The translations under genes were made by a program, and so were the position numbers. This document shows, one piece after another, positions 1 through 8,580 of a stretch of DNA of 64,000 nt (the stretch's first letter is position 1; each line of letters opens with the position of its first letter). The stretch is taken from the NCBI GenBank assembly GCA_022842645.1, contig JALHPE010000001.1, forward strand, positions 135,711 to 199,710. The letters run 5' to 3'. This DNA is from Minisyncoccota bacterium (lineage in GTDB: Bacteria; Patescibacteriota; Minisyncoccia; Phycocordibacterales; UBA2100). The notes beneath the pieces were generated by a model, which saw nothing but the letters and a program-made list of their open reading frames with translations, did no database searches and had not been told where the DNA came from.

Positions 1-6
1 TGTCCC

Positions 7-771
7 GTGCTGATTGTTGATGAAGAAAACAGTCCTCGGCTTATACAAACACGTACCAGACTACTTTCAAAAAACACAGATACCCCTATCTATGTAGCTT
101 CGAGAAGCGGGTTCCAGCTACGAGAAGATAACGTAGATAGGTTGATTCAATACGCCAAGAGCAAAGAGGTTGGCTTGATAATCTTTGACTCCTTTATCTG
201 CATACATAATGCCGACGAGAACTCTGCGAGTGATATGCGCAATGTAATGAAGCATCTCAAGGAGATTGCTAAAAATGGGATTGCTGTAATTGTCATTCAT
301 CACCACAGAAAAAGGAAGGAGGACAGAAATGCGGCACAGGACTTGCGTGGCTCATCAGACATTCTGGCGCAAGTGGATTGTCATTTGGCAATTGACCGTA
401 AACTCAATTCCGCATCAGTCACCATCCAGCAAAGCAAATTGCGGGAGGCTGAAGAAATCAAACCATTCACCGTAACTCTTCACAGTGATGGAGATGATGG
501 TTACTTCACACACGATGGAAACGTGAAGGTCGGACAAAGCAAACGTGATGAGTTGAAAAATCTCATAAAGACTACGCTCGCTTATGTGACCGAGCCACCA
601 AACCGCACCCAGCTTTGGGAAATGGTACATCTGGCGGGCGCAAAAGGCGGCGAAGCCACCTTCAAAACTGCGATAAAAGAAATGCTCAAGGATGGTGTGT
701 TGTTTAGTAAGAGGGGCGATAAAAACTCGACTCTCTACTCTCTAACCCCTTTTGTCGTTGAAGATGGATAA
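7..771 (+). CDS. RecA-family/AAA_25 (RepA-like) ATPase-helicase, C-terminal part, with probable C-terminal winged helix; 5' truncated by the window edge
   Basis: Motifs LIVDEEN, LIIFDS (Walker B), DENSASDM, VIVIHHHRK and LRGSSDI, typical of RepA/AAA_25 helicases. Confidence 0.8.
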   Translation: MLIVDEENSPRLIQTRTRLLSKNTDTPIYVASRSGFQLREDNVDRLIQYAKSKEVGLIIFDSFICIHNADENSASDMRNVMKHLKEIAKNGIAVIVIHHHRKRKEDRNAAQDLRGSSDILAQVDCHLAIDRKLNSASVTIQQSKLREAEEIKPFTVTLHSDGDDGYFTHDGNVKVGQSKRDELKNLIKTTLAYVTEPPNRTQLWEMVHLAGAKGGEATFKTAIKEMLKDGVLFSKRGDKNSTLYSLTPFVVEDG

Positions 772-843
772 AAATTGCGTATGTAGAGTTTCGCGTTTTT
801 AACCAACTTAAAGGTCGAGAAAAAGAAATAACTGCAAAAATAT

Positions 844-1095
844 ATGGAAGAAAACATCATTTTTAGAATCGAGTTTGACGAGGAGGAAGTTCAAAGCTTT
901 GCCGAAGATAATTTCGAGAGAGAGCTTACAGAAGTGGAGCTGAATCGAATCAGGTGTCACTGGTATGAAGATGGAGCCGCATATAGTGCCAAAACAGAGT
1001 TATTGGCACGCGCCATAGAAGTGGCAATGAACAAAGACAGGAAAATTGACTTCAGTTATACGGACAAGAAATATCTGGAGCAAACCAATAAGTAG
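844..1095 (+). CDS. Hypothetical acidic protein (83 aa)
   Basis: Clean ATG ORF between element genes with protein-like composition. Confidence 0.65.
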   Translation: MEENIIFRIEFDEEEVQSFAEDNFERELTEVELNRIRCHWYEDGAAYSAKTELLARAIEVAMNKDRKIDFSYTDKKYLEQTNK

Positions 1096-1132
1096 GCGCA
1101 ATTGTTCTTTGAAAGAGTGTCCACAATTGACC

Positions 1133-1162
1133 TTGCCAATACCTGCCACGGTGCTGTATACT
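1133..1162 (+). promoter_or_regulatory. Sigma70-like promoter driving the structured RNA / small membrane protein
   Basis: TTGCCA (1133-1138), 18-nt spacer, TATACT (1157-1162); predicted +1 at about 1168-1169, where the hairpin starts. Confidence 0.55.
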
Positions 1163-1167
1163 TATAT

Positions 1168-1310
1168 TGCGTCCTACAAGTTTGACTATATGCACAGGGT
1201 TTTTGCCTTTTTGGCTCCAGGTGAGCTGAAAGGGGCGACTATCCTCCGCATCTGGTTGCCTTGTGCAATTCAGACTTGTGGGACGCAGGCTCTGGTCGTC
1301 CCTTTCAGCT
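1168..1310 (+). ncRNA. Candidate structured ncRNA or 5' leader with a long stem and an 18-bp pseudoknot/alternative helix
   Basis: 1168-1199 pairs with 1259-1287; 1217-1223 with 1249-1255; 1224-1241 with 1293-1310. Non-Watson-Crick pairs within the helices are G-U on the + strand. Confidence 0.6.
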
Positions 1311-1342
1311 ACTACTTCTATGAGGGATGCCAGTGCAATTAT

Positions 1343-1570
1343 ATGCACCACTTTTGGCACAACAATTCAAAACCAGTAAAAGGCTGCGCCGCCATAATGG
1401 CTGGTGCTATGGCGTATTTATTCTTTATAGACGGAGAAAGTTTTTCTGGGTGGACAGTATTCTTCATTGCGCTTGCGCTGACCGTATTGTTCCACACGAT
1501 GGATGAGCAAAATAAAGAAATTGAATCGCTGCGAAAAAATGGAAATGAAGATGAGGACATTAAAAAATAA
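1343..1570 (+). CDS. Small two-TM membrane protein (75 aa) with a charged C-terminal tail
   Basis: ATG 1343 is in frame with the 1046..1570 ORF; two hydrophobic segments; the upstream ORF extension overlaps the structured RNA and is probably not coding. Confidence 0.6.
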   Translation: MHHFWHNNSKPVKGCAAIMAGAMAYLFFIDGESFSGWTVFFIALALTVLFHTMDEQNKEIESLRKNGNEDEDIKK

Positions 1571-1584
1571 TCATCTACAAATCT

Positions 1585-3195
1585 ATGACTAACAATCAAC
1601 CAAAATTAAGAGCAATCAAATACTGTCGCGTATCGTCCAAAGAACAAGAATTGGGCTACTCACTTGATGCGCAGGAGAAATTGCAAACTGAATACAGTAA
1701 AGGCAAGTTTATTGTCGTCGGGCAAGCATACAGAATCGCTGAATCGGCAAGCGGTAAACAAATACGAAAAAAGTTCAACGAAATGATGATGTTCGTTAAA
1801 AAGAACAACATCAAAGTTATCCTTTGTGAAAAAATTGATAGACTCACTCGAAACCCAAAGGATGCCGTCGCAATATACGATTGGCTACAAGAAGATGAGG
1901 AGCGTGCTGTTCACTGCGTTAAAGAAAACTTCATCGCCAACAGGAACACAAAGGCACACGAAAACCTTGTGTGGGATATGAAAGTCGCTATCGCAAAGTT
2001 TTACAGCCAAAACCTATCCGAAGAAGTTAAGAAGGGTCAAAAAGAGATGCTTTCGCAAGGAAGGTTTCCTACCAGACCACCAATGGGATACAGAACCATA
2101 GAGGAAAACGGTCACAAAGCTCACGTCATTGATGAAGAAACTGCACCGTTTATGAGGAGGATGTTTGAGTTATATGCCACAGGTAACTACTCAATCATTC
2201 GTCTTGAAAAAGAGTTCTACGACGAAGGACTCCGTACAAAGAGTGGTAAGCGTTTGCGAAAGAGTAAGATTCACACGATGTTGCAAAACCCATTCTTTTA
2301 CGGTGGGATGCTATGGATGGGCGTTACTTATCCCAATGGAAGACACGAGGCACTTATCAATAAAGATTTGTTTGATAAGGTGCAACTGATTTTGAAGAGA
2401 AAGATTAAGAATCCGAAATACCAAAAGCATAACTCGCTATTCAAAAGCAAGATTGTTTGTGATGGATGCGGTGGAACGGTCACTTGGTATGAAAAGAAAG
2501 GACATTGGTACGGACACTGTAATAACAGCGATGCTTTCAAGCACTGCCCAAAGAAAACAGGGCTGCGCGAAGACAGAGTTGAGCCACAGCTCACTGGTAT
2601 TTTCGATGTTATTGCCGCAAAGGATGAGCGAGTGTTGGCGGCTATCGAAAACATACTACGCTCGCAACATAGCGAGAGGATTACCAAGCGTGAGACCGAG
2701 CTAAAACGCCTCCAGGGGCTTCTACAGAGCACCAGAGCACAGAAAGACAGACTTTATGAGGCAAAGCTCTCACGCGAGATTGAAGACATTGGTTTTTTCA
2801 ACCGCAAACTTGCTGAACTGACCACAGAAGAAGAGTCACTGGAGAATGCGCTTGTTGCTGTTGGAAATGAAAATGATTTATCTCTCCAGATAGGCGTGGC
2901 GGTTCACGAACTTGCCTACAAATCACACGAGATTTATCAGAATGCGAGCGTTGATGCCAAACGTTTACTCTTCTCTCAATTATTTACGAACTTGCTCCAG
3001 GATGGGCTTGAAATAAGGAAAGAATACACAAAAGCGGCTGCAATGTTGATGGAGTGGGTTCCAAAGCTCAACAAGGATTACGAACTCGCAAAAAGCCAGG
3101 TTATAAAAGGCAAAGAAGCCGTTTCAGTGGCTTCTCAACCAAATTGGCTGCCGGACTTGGATTCGAACCAAGATACACTCCTCCAGAGGGAGTAG
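1585..3195 (+). CDS. Large serine recombinase (integrase): resolvase, recombinase and zinc-ribbon/coiled-coil domains
   Basis: YCRVSS catalytic motif, EKIDRLTRN, ESAS, PMGY, LQNPFFYG, HEALI, CxxC...C...C zinc ribbon, long coiled coil. Confidence 0.93.
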   Translation: MTNNQPKLRAIKYCRVSSKEQELGYSLDAQEKLQTEYSKGKFIVVGQAYRIAESASGKQIRKKFNEMMMFVKKNNIKVILCEKIDRLTRNPKDAVAIYDWLQEDEERAVHCVKENFIANRNTKAHENLVWDMKVAIAKFYSQNLSEEVKKGQKEMLSQGRFPTRPPMGYRTIEENGHKAHVIDEETAPFMRRMFELYATGNYSIIRLEKEFYDEGLRTKSGKRLRKSKIHTMLQNPFFYGGMLWMGVTYPNGRHEALINKDLFDKVQLILKRKIKNPKYQKHNSLFKSKIVCDGCGGTVTWYEKKGHWYGHCNNSDAFKHCPKKTGLREDRVEPQLTGIFDVIAAKDERVLAAIENILRSQHSERITKRETELKRLQGLLQSTRAQKDRLYEAKLSREIEDIGFFNRKLAELTTEEESLENALVAVGNENDLSLQIGVAVHELAYKSHEIYQNASVDAKRLLFSQLFTNLLQDGLEIRKEYTKAAAMLMEWVPKLNKDYELAKSQVIKGKEAVSVASQPNWLPDLDSNQDTLLQRE

Positions 3196-3218
3196 TCCTA
3201 CCATTAGACGATCCGGCA
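3145..3218 (-). tRNA. tRNA-Gln(CTG)
   Basis: Minus strand TGCCGGA..ACTCC-CTCTGGA-GGAGT..GGTTCGAATCC..TCCGGCA-G-CCA cloverleaf; anticodon CTG; encoded CCA. Confidence 0.95.
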
Positions 3219-3312
3219 GTCATGCGGAGCATAGCCGAAAAATGCTCAGAATTCAATCTTGTTCTGGGAGCTTACACTTCACGAGGCGCAGCTTCTCGAC
3301 TAGAATGCAAAC

Positions 3313-3561
3313 ATGAAGAAGAAGCTCAAAGGGATTATGGTGCTCTTTGTGGGAATCATTCTGCTCATGATGGGTATGTTTGCATCCATTGTTCCTTTCG
3401 TACCAGGATGGGTGCTCATAGCGCTCGGCATACTCTGCCTCACCCTCTACTTCCCTCGCCTGCGCAACTGGGTGGATGGACACACCGTGCGCTGGCCCCA
3501 CCTCCACAACCTGATCCACCGCGCACGGATGTGGGCAGACAGAAACATTGGAGAACTCTAG
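3313..3561 (+). CDS. Small membrane protein (DUF454/PGPGW-like)
   Basis: TM hairpin with VPFVPGW motif; TAGAAT 6 nt before the ATG. Confidence 0.7.
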   Translation: MKKKLKGIMVLFVGIILLMMGMFASIVPFVPGWVLIALGILCLTLYFPRLRNWVDGHTVRWPHLHNLIHRARMWADRNIGEL

Positions 3562-3603
3562 AGCCTAGGTTGCGCTTCTTCTGCAATACGAGAAAATAAG
3601 AGT

Positions 3604-3780
3604 ATGAAAGAAAATATTCGTCTCATTTTTTCTCTCATGTGGTTTCCTGCTGTGGGGTGTGCATTTGCGAGCACACTGGTTTTTCTCGTGACCTTTGGCG
3701 ATTTCTCTGAATTTTTCTTCGCCTCGATTGCAGCGCTCATTGTCTCTACTGCAGGCGTCATTCTCACCTCACTCGACTAA
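3604..3780 (+). CDS. Small two-TM membrane protein (58 aa, not in the ORF track): MKENIRLIFSLMWFPAVGCAFASTLVFLVTFGDFSEFFFASIAALIVSTAGVILTSLD
   Basis: Translated by hand from ATG 3604 to TAA 3778-3780; fills the gap and is strongly hydrophobic. Confidence 0.5.
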   Translation: MKENIRLIFSLMWFPAVGCAFASTLVFLVTFGDFSEFFFASIAALIVSTAGVILTSLD

Positions 3781-5435
3781 CCCCGCCGCTCAATAGCAGC
3801 TTTCACGAACGCATTAAAGAGCGGATGTGGCTCGAGTGGGCGGGCACGAAATTCGGGATGGAATTGAGTTCCGAGGAAGAATGGATGCTCTGATTTGGGC
3901 AATTCTGCGATTTCCATAAGTGTATGATCGGGAGAAACGCCCGAGAACTTGAGTCCTGCTTCTTGAAGCTTCGCCACGTATATTGGATTCACCTCATAGC
4001 GATGGCGATGACGTTCTGACACTTCCTCAGCGCCATAGGCCTTCTGCGCCACCGTCCCCGAGCGAAGCTTGCACGGATATGCCCCAAGACGCATTGAGCC
4101 ACCATAATCTTTACGGCGGAGTTTCTCCACCTGCTCGGGAAGAACCATAACAATAGGATGTTTTGCCTTCGGATCAATCTCGGTGGTATGCGCACCCGGA
4201 AGTCCCGCGACATTGCGCGCATACTCAACGACCAGAAGCTGCATGCCGTAGCAAAGCCCGAAATATGGAATCTTTTTCTCACGGGCAAAACGGATGGCAT
4301 TGATCTTTCCTTCAATTCCGCTCTCGCCGAAACCCCCCGGAACCAGGATACCGTCATAGTTCTCGAGCTCCTTCACACGCGCAGGATCTTTCTGATACTC
4401 CTTCGCATTCAACCAATGAATCTCGGGCTTCACGCCGAGATGAAATGCTGAAAACTTAATCGCCTCAATCACCGAAAGGTACGCATCGGAGAGGACGAAG
4501 TCTCCCGTGTCGAAATATTTCCCCACGATGCCGATCTTTATTTTCGTACGCCCATTGTGCGCATGTTCCGCGAACTTCCGCCACGCATTCATATCAGACG
4601 CCTGCTTGCCGCGTTTCCCTAGTGCCTTTAACAGCATGTCCGAGAGCTCGTCACGCTCAAAATTAAGCGGCACATCATAGACCGAATCCACATCGGGTGC
4701 GGAAATGATGTGATCCGCTGGGATATTGACCTGCACCGCAAGCTTCTCCTTGCGCTTGTGATCAAGTGGTGTTGGGGCGCGCGCAATGAGAAAATCGGGC
4801 TGCACGCCATACGCATTGAGTTGTCGAACTGCAATCTGCGTCGGTTTCGTTTTCATCTCCCCAATAGTGCCCGGGACCGGAAGATAGGAAACCATCACAA
4901 AGAGTGTGCTTGAAGAGTCCTGTAGATGAATGACACGCGCGGCGTCAATAAAAAGTGCGTTCGAAAAGTCTCCCAAAGTGCCGCCAATTTCCACAACAGT
5001 CACATCACTCTTGCCCATTTTTGCTGAGTGTCGGAGGCGTGCCACGATCTCATCGCGCACATGCGGCACTGCTTCGACACATTTACCGCCATATTCCAAA
5101 TTACGCTCTTTCTCAATAACGTGCTTATAGATCATCCCGGAGGTCATGTAGTCTTCCGCACCCACATCGCGATTAAGGAATCGCTCATAGTTCCCCATGT
5201 CTTGATCGGTCTCGAGCCCGGAATCCAATACAAAAACCTCACCATGTTCGGTGGGGTTCATAGTACCGGCATCAACATTGAGATAAGGATCAATCTTTAC
5301 GAGATTCACAGAGAGCCCGCGTGCCGCGAGTATTTTGCCGATTGACGCCGTGGCGATGCCCTTTCCAACCCCGGACATCACGCCGCCAATTACAAAGACA
5401 TACTTATGTGCTTTCGGGTGCGCACGCCGAGCCAT
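3777..5435 (-). CDS. pyrG: CTP synthase
   Basis: GGVMSGVGKG, KIDPYLNVDAGTMNPTEHGEVFV, GEMKTKPTQ, GLCYGMQ, ERHRHRYEVN, QFHPEF. Confidence 0.98.
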   Translation of the reverse strand: MARRAHPKAHKYVFVIGGVMSGVGKGIATASIGKILAARGLSVNLVKIDPYLNVDAGTMNPTEHGEVFVLDSGLETDQDMGNYERFLNRDVGAEDYMTSGMIYKHVIEKERNLEYGGKCVEAVPHVRDEIVARLRHSAKMGKSDVTVVEIGGTLGDFSNALFIDAARVIHLQDSSSTLFVMVSYLPVPGTIGEMKTKPTQIAVRQLNAYGVQPDFLIARAPTPLDHKRKEKLAVQVNIPADHIISAPDVDSVYDVPLNFERDELSDMLLKALGKRGKQASDMNAWRKFAEHAHNGRTKIKIGIVGKYFDTGDFVLSDAYLSVIEAIKFSAFHLGVKPEIHWLNAKEYQKDPARVKELENYDGILVPGGFGESGIEGKINAIRFAREKKIPYFGLCYGMQLLVVEYARNVAGLPGAHTTEIDPKAKHPIVMVLPEQVEKLRRKDYGGSMRLGAYPCKLRSGTVAQKAYGAEEVSERHRHRYEVNPIYVAKLQEAGLKFSGVSPDHTLMEIAELPKSEHPFFLGTQFHPEFRARPLEPHPLFNAFVKAAIERRG

Positions 5436-5514
5436 AGTTCCCGCTTAGCTTACCGCGAGAAACTTCGTTTGCAGAGGTTATTCTTTGTGTATAACGCACC
5501 CGACGATACGAATC

Positions 5515-6432
5515 TCATTGATGCAAGTAGCGGCGTACTGCAAGGAAGCTGGAAAGTGCCCCCAAAAGCACCCCAGTGCCCACAATAGTGAAGAAGAGGA
5601 ATGGGAAATTCTCCACATAGTAGTCAAAAACGTTAAAGGAACCGAAGAATGCCTGGGATGGGGGTCCGAGCCAAATCGCGACCGGATACAGTGTGAGCAT
5701 GACCACAACGCCCGAAATGAGTCCATAGAGAATACCTGCGACAACGAAGGGACCCCGGACATACCAGTGCGCCGCACCCACAAGGTTCATGACCCCTATT
5801 TCATCGCGCGAGGTATAGATGGCCAAGCGGATAGTGTTGAATGCAATCAGGACCGAAGCACCTGCAAGAAAGAGCGCTGCCACGATACTAACCTTCCGCG
5901 AGGTCTCAATAATGCTTGAAAGACGGTCGATCGCGGTTTTGTTTTGGTAAAAGTTTACTTTACTGATTACACCAGTTTCGGCACCACGCACATCAAGAAA
6001 CTCGGCGATTGCTGCGTACTGCGAGGTGTCTTTAGCGCGAATGGCGAGCGAGGCACCGAGAGGATTCCCTGCAAGCTGGTCGAGTGCCTGTATCGTTGTC
6101 TGCTCATTTGCATGACGTTCGCGGAATTCGGCAAGCGCTTGTTCGCGCGAGGTATATTCCACTCCCGCCACTTCCGGAAGGCGCTCCAGGTCGGCTTTAA
6201 TGGCTAACGCTTGTTCCTCGCTTGCTTCGGTCGTAAAATAAACATTCACATCCACCTTCCCCACAAGCTCTTGAAGTGTTGCTTGCAGTGCCGCTCCAGA
6301 GATCATGAGTACCGCGATCACGAAAAGCGTGATCATCATGATAAAAATTGCAGCGAGCGATACGAAGCCATTGCGAATGAAACCGATGAGGCCATAGCGC
6401 GCAACACGTTTTGTGGTAAGCCAGAAGGACAT
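5515..6432 (-). CDS. ftsX: Cell division ABC transporter permease FtsX
   Basis: Four-TM topology; NTIRLAIYTSRDEIGVMNLVGA; adjacent to ftsE. Confidence 0.93.
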   Translation of the reverse strand: MSFWLTTKRVARYGLIGFIRNGFVSLAAIFIMMITLFVIAVLMISGAALQATLQELVGKVDVNVYFTTEASEEQALAIKADLERLPEVAGVEYTSREQALAEFRERHANEQTTIQALDQLAGNPLGASLAIRAKDTSQYAAIAEFLDVRGAETGVISKVNFYQNKTAIDRLSSIIETSRKVSIVAALFLAGASVLIAFNTIRLAIYTSRDEIGVMNLVGAAHWYVRGPFVVAGILYGLISGVVVMLTLYPVAIWLGPPSQAFFGSFNVFDYYVENFPFLFFTIVGTGVLLGALSSFLAVRRYLHQ

Positions 6433-6437
6433 AGTTC

Positions 6438-6533
6438 AGTTTGTAGTTTGTAGTTTGTAGTTTGTAGTTTTTTGCATAGCTCGTGTTTGTATTTTTATTT
6501 TACTACAGTCTACACACTACAAACTACAGTCTA
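6438..6533. repeat. Inverted pair of tandem heptamer arrays: (AGTTTGT)x4 ... (CTACAnn)x4
   Basis: Read directly at 6438-6470 and 6503-6533, between ftsE and ftsX. Confidence 0.8.
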
Positions 6534-7211
6534 GAGAATATACTTCCCTTCTTTATCGTCCCGAATAACCCGACCCTGCTCAAGCGTGATCACACGCCTC
6601 CCGACCGAATCTACCACTAGCTTATTATGAGTCGTGAGAAGCACCGTCGTACCAAGGCTGTTTACCTTTTTGAGGATTTCCACGACATCATGCGTATTCA
6701 CCGGATCAAGATTCCCTGTTGGCTCGTCGGCTATGAGTACGTCTGGCTGATTCACAATCGCACGTGCAATTGCCACACGTTGCTGCTCTCCACCCGAAAG
6801 CTCCTTCGGAAAATTCCACATTTTTTCTGAAAGCCCGACAAGGTCAAGTACATGGGGCACATCCGCTTGAATATCCTCATCGGGCTTGCCTGCCACTTCC
6901 ATTGCAAACGCGATGTTCTCATACACGGTTTTTGTAGGAAGGAGTCGGAAATCCTGAAAAATCGTGCCTATGTTCCTGCGAAGCCCCAGGAGTTCTTTCT
7001 CGGAAAGGTCTCCTATCTCGCGGGAGCCAAAAAAAACGCTGCCCTCAGTTGGGAAGATTTCAGCAAAAAGCATCTTGAGGAGTGTGGTTTTCCCCGCACC
7101 CGAGTGTCCGACGATAGAAACAAACTCTCCCGGATCAATCGAGAGTGTGACGTCTTCAACAGCGGGCAATCCGCCGTTGTACTTCTTGGTCACGCGGTCA
7201 AAATAGATCAT
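6531..7211 (-). CDS. ftsE: Cell division ATP-binding protein FtsE
   Basis: GHSGAGKTT, FQDFRLL, LSGGEQQRVAIARA, ADEPTGNLD. Confidence 0.93.
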   Translation of the reverse strand: MIYFDRVTKKYNGGLPAVEDVTLSIDPGEFVSIVGHSGAGKTTLLKMLFAEIFPTEGSVFFGSREIGDLSEKELLGLRRNIGTIFQDFRLLPTKTVYENIAFAMEVAGKPDEDIQADVPHVLDLVGLSEKMWNFPKELSGGEQQRVAIARAIVNQPDVLIADEPTGNLDPVNTHDVVEILKKVNSLGTTVLLTTHNKLVVDSVGRRVITLEQGRVIRDDKEGKYIL

Positions 7212-7303
7212 TGTGAACAGGTGTTAGGTTCTAGGTTTCAGGGACTAGAAAAAACTTAGATGCCCTTACGCTCATTATACCGCATGCATGCACCTGTCAA
7301 AAC

Positions 7304-7328
7304 AAGGCGGCTCTTTCGAGCCGCCTTT
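7304..7328 (-). terminator. Intrinsic terminator hairpin (possibly bidirectional)
   Basis: Minus strand AAGGCGGCTC-GAAA-GAGCCGCCTT followed by GTTTT. Confidence 0.75.
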
Positions 7329-7330
7329 CG

Positions 7331-7549
7331 CTAGTCTGTCTGTGCCTCTTCCATACACTGAAGCACGGGGGTTTTCTTAGACTCGCGCATCTCGTCGAAA
7401 CTGGTGATCACGCGATTGCGCAATCGCCAATCCGCAAAGAAGCTTTTGATCTCTGCCTGCGTCGCTCCGCGACCGTCGATCAGCTCTTCTTTCACCACCT
7501 TCTCGATCTGCGTCTTGATGCGCGGATCCATGTGCCACTGCTCTGTCAT
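7331..7549 (-). CDS. Hypothetical protein (~72 aa)
   Basis: ATG at 7549 preceded by purine-rich GAGAGGAAG; followed by a terminator. Confidence 0.5.
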   Translation of the reverse strand: MTEQWHMDPRIKTQIEKVVKEELIDGRGATQAEIKSFFADWRLRNRVITSFDEMRESKKTPVLQCMEEAQTD

Positions 7550-7605
7550 ACTTCCTCTCTTTCCCGGCATACGTGCCGTTCTTTTATCAGAATACACCTT
7601 TGTTG

Positions 7606-8487
7606 CTAAAGTGCCAGATCTTCTTCTGCATCAATGAATGATTGAATATCCCCCGCTAAGACTTTTTCAATATCCCTGCGCTCATGCTCCGTGCGATGAT
7701 CTTTCACGAGCTGGTACGGATGAAGGACGTAGGAGCGGATCTGGCTTCCCCATTCAATCTTCGTCGAGGCACCAGTTGAAAGCCCGCGTGCGGCACGCTC
7801 CTCTTCCTCTTTCTTGAGTGCGAAAAGTTTACTGCGAATAAGTTCGAGCCCTTTTGCTTTATTTTGTGCTTGCGCGCGCTCGCTCGTCACGTGTACGGAA
7901 ACACCCGTTGCTTTGTGCACGATGCGGACTGCAGTTTCTCGTTTGTTCACATTCTGTCCACCAGGACCCCCGGCATTCTGAAATGTAATCTCAAGCTCTC
8001 CCTCAGGCACGGCAAATGCGCTCTCGGCAATTTTCGGAAGCACCTCCAGAAGCGAAAAACTTGTTTGACGCTTACCTTGTGAATTAAACGGCGACATACG
8101 TACCAAGCGATGCACGCCCGCCTCACGCTTGAGCGCTCCGTAGACTCCCACACCACTCACCTCAAACGAGATACTTCGAAAACCGCCCATTGAATTCCTG
8201 TTCTCATCATTCACGACAACCCGCCACCCGCGCCCAGCGGCATATTTCGAATACATTTCAAAGAGCATGCGAGAAAAATCTTCGGCATCGTCCCCTCCCG
8301 CGCCCGAAATGATTGAAAGTAATGCATCGCCCTTTTCAATCGAACCTGCCCCTGCAAGCGCAGCCTTCAAATCCTGATACTCTTTCAGAGCCGCCTGTGC
8401 CTTATCTTTATCGCTCCAGAAATCCGCCGCCGCCATTGCGGCTTCGATCTCGGCAATGCGGGTTTCTATTCCCTCTTTTGATTGCAT
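7606..8487 (-). CDS. prfB: Peptide chain release factor 2, N-terminally shortened (293 aa), no programmed frameshift evident
   Basis: SPF motif (RMSPFN), GGPGGQNVNK, WGSQIRSYVLHPY; start set at ATG 8487 because the longer ORF overlaps tRNA-Thr. Confidence 0.92.
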   Translation of the reverse strand: MQSKEGIETRIAEIEAAMAAADFWSDKDKAQAALKEYQDLKAALAGAGSIEKGDALLSIISGAGGDDAEDFSRMLFEMYSKYAAGRGWRVVVNDENRNSMGGFRSISFEVSGVGVYGALKREAGVHRLVRMSPFNSQGKRQTSFSLLEVLPKIAESAFAVPEGELEITFQNAGGPGGQNVNKRETAVRIVHKATGVSVHVTSERAQAQNKAKGLELIRSKLFALKKEEEERAARGLSTGASTKIEWGSQIRSYVLHPYQLVKDHRTEHERRDIEKVLAGDIQSFIDAEEDLAL

Positions 8488-8490
8488 ATA

Positions 8491-8566
8491 TGGAGCCGCC
8501 TCCCGGGATTGAACCGGGCACCTACCCATTACGAATGGGTCGCTCTACCAACTGAGCTAAGGCGGC
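8491..8566 (-). tRNA. tRNA-Thr(CGT)
   Basis: GCCGCCT..ACCCA-TTCGTAA-TGGGT..GGTTCAATCC..AGGCGGC-T-CCA. Confidence 0.95.
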
Positions 8567-8580
8567 TTACATCGCCGATA

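Larger units (their letters stand above)
1..3144. mobile_element. Right end of an integrated element (phage-satellite/ICE-like) inserted at the 3' end of tRNA-Gln; the left end lies outside the window
   Basis: Helicase-like gene plus large serine recombinase abutting and overlapping a tRNA 3' end. The region is visibly more AT-rich than the downstream chromosome and all its genes are on +, whereas the rest is mostly -. Confidence 0.75.

Noticed and set aside
1168-1310. Retron msr-msd or IS110 bridge RNA
   Set aside because: No reverse transcriptase or IS110 recombinase in the visible part of the element; kept only as an unassigned structured RNA
3054-3599. 181-aa + strand ORF and other tRNA-overlapping ORFs (9025..9264, 62969..63280, 63316..63567)
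   Set aside because: They are antisense readings of tRNA or intron sequence and overlap better-supported genes
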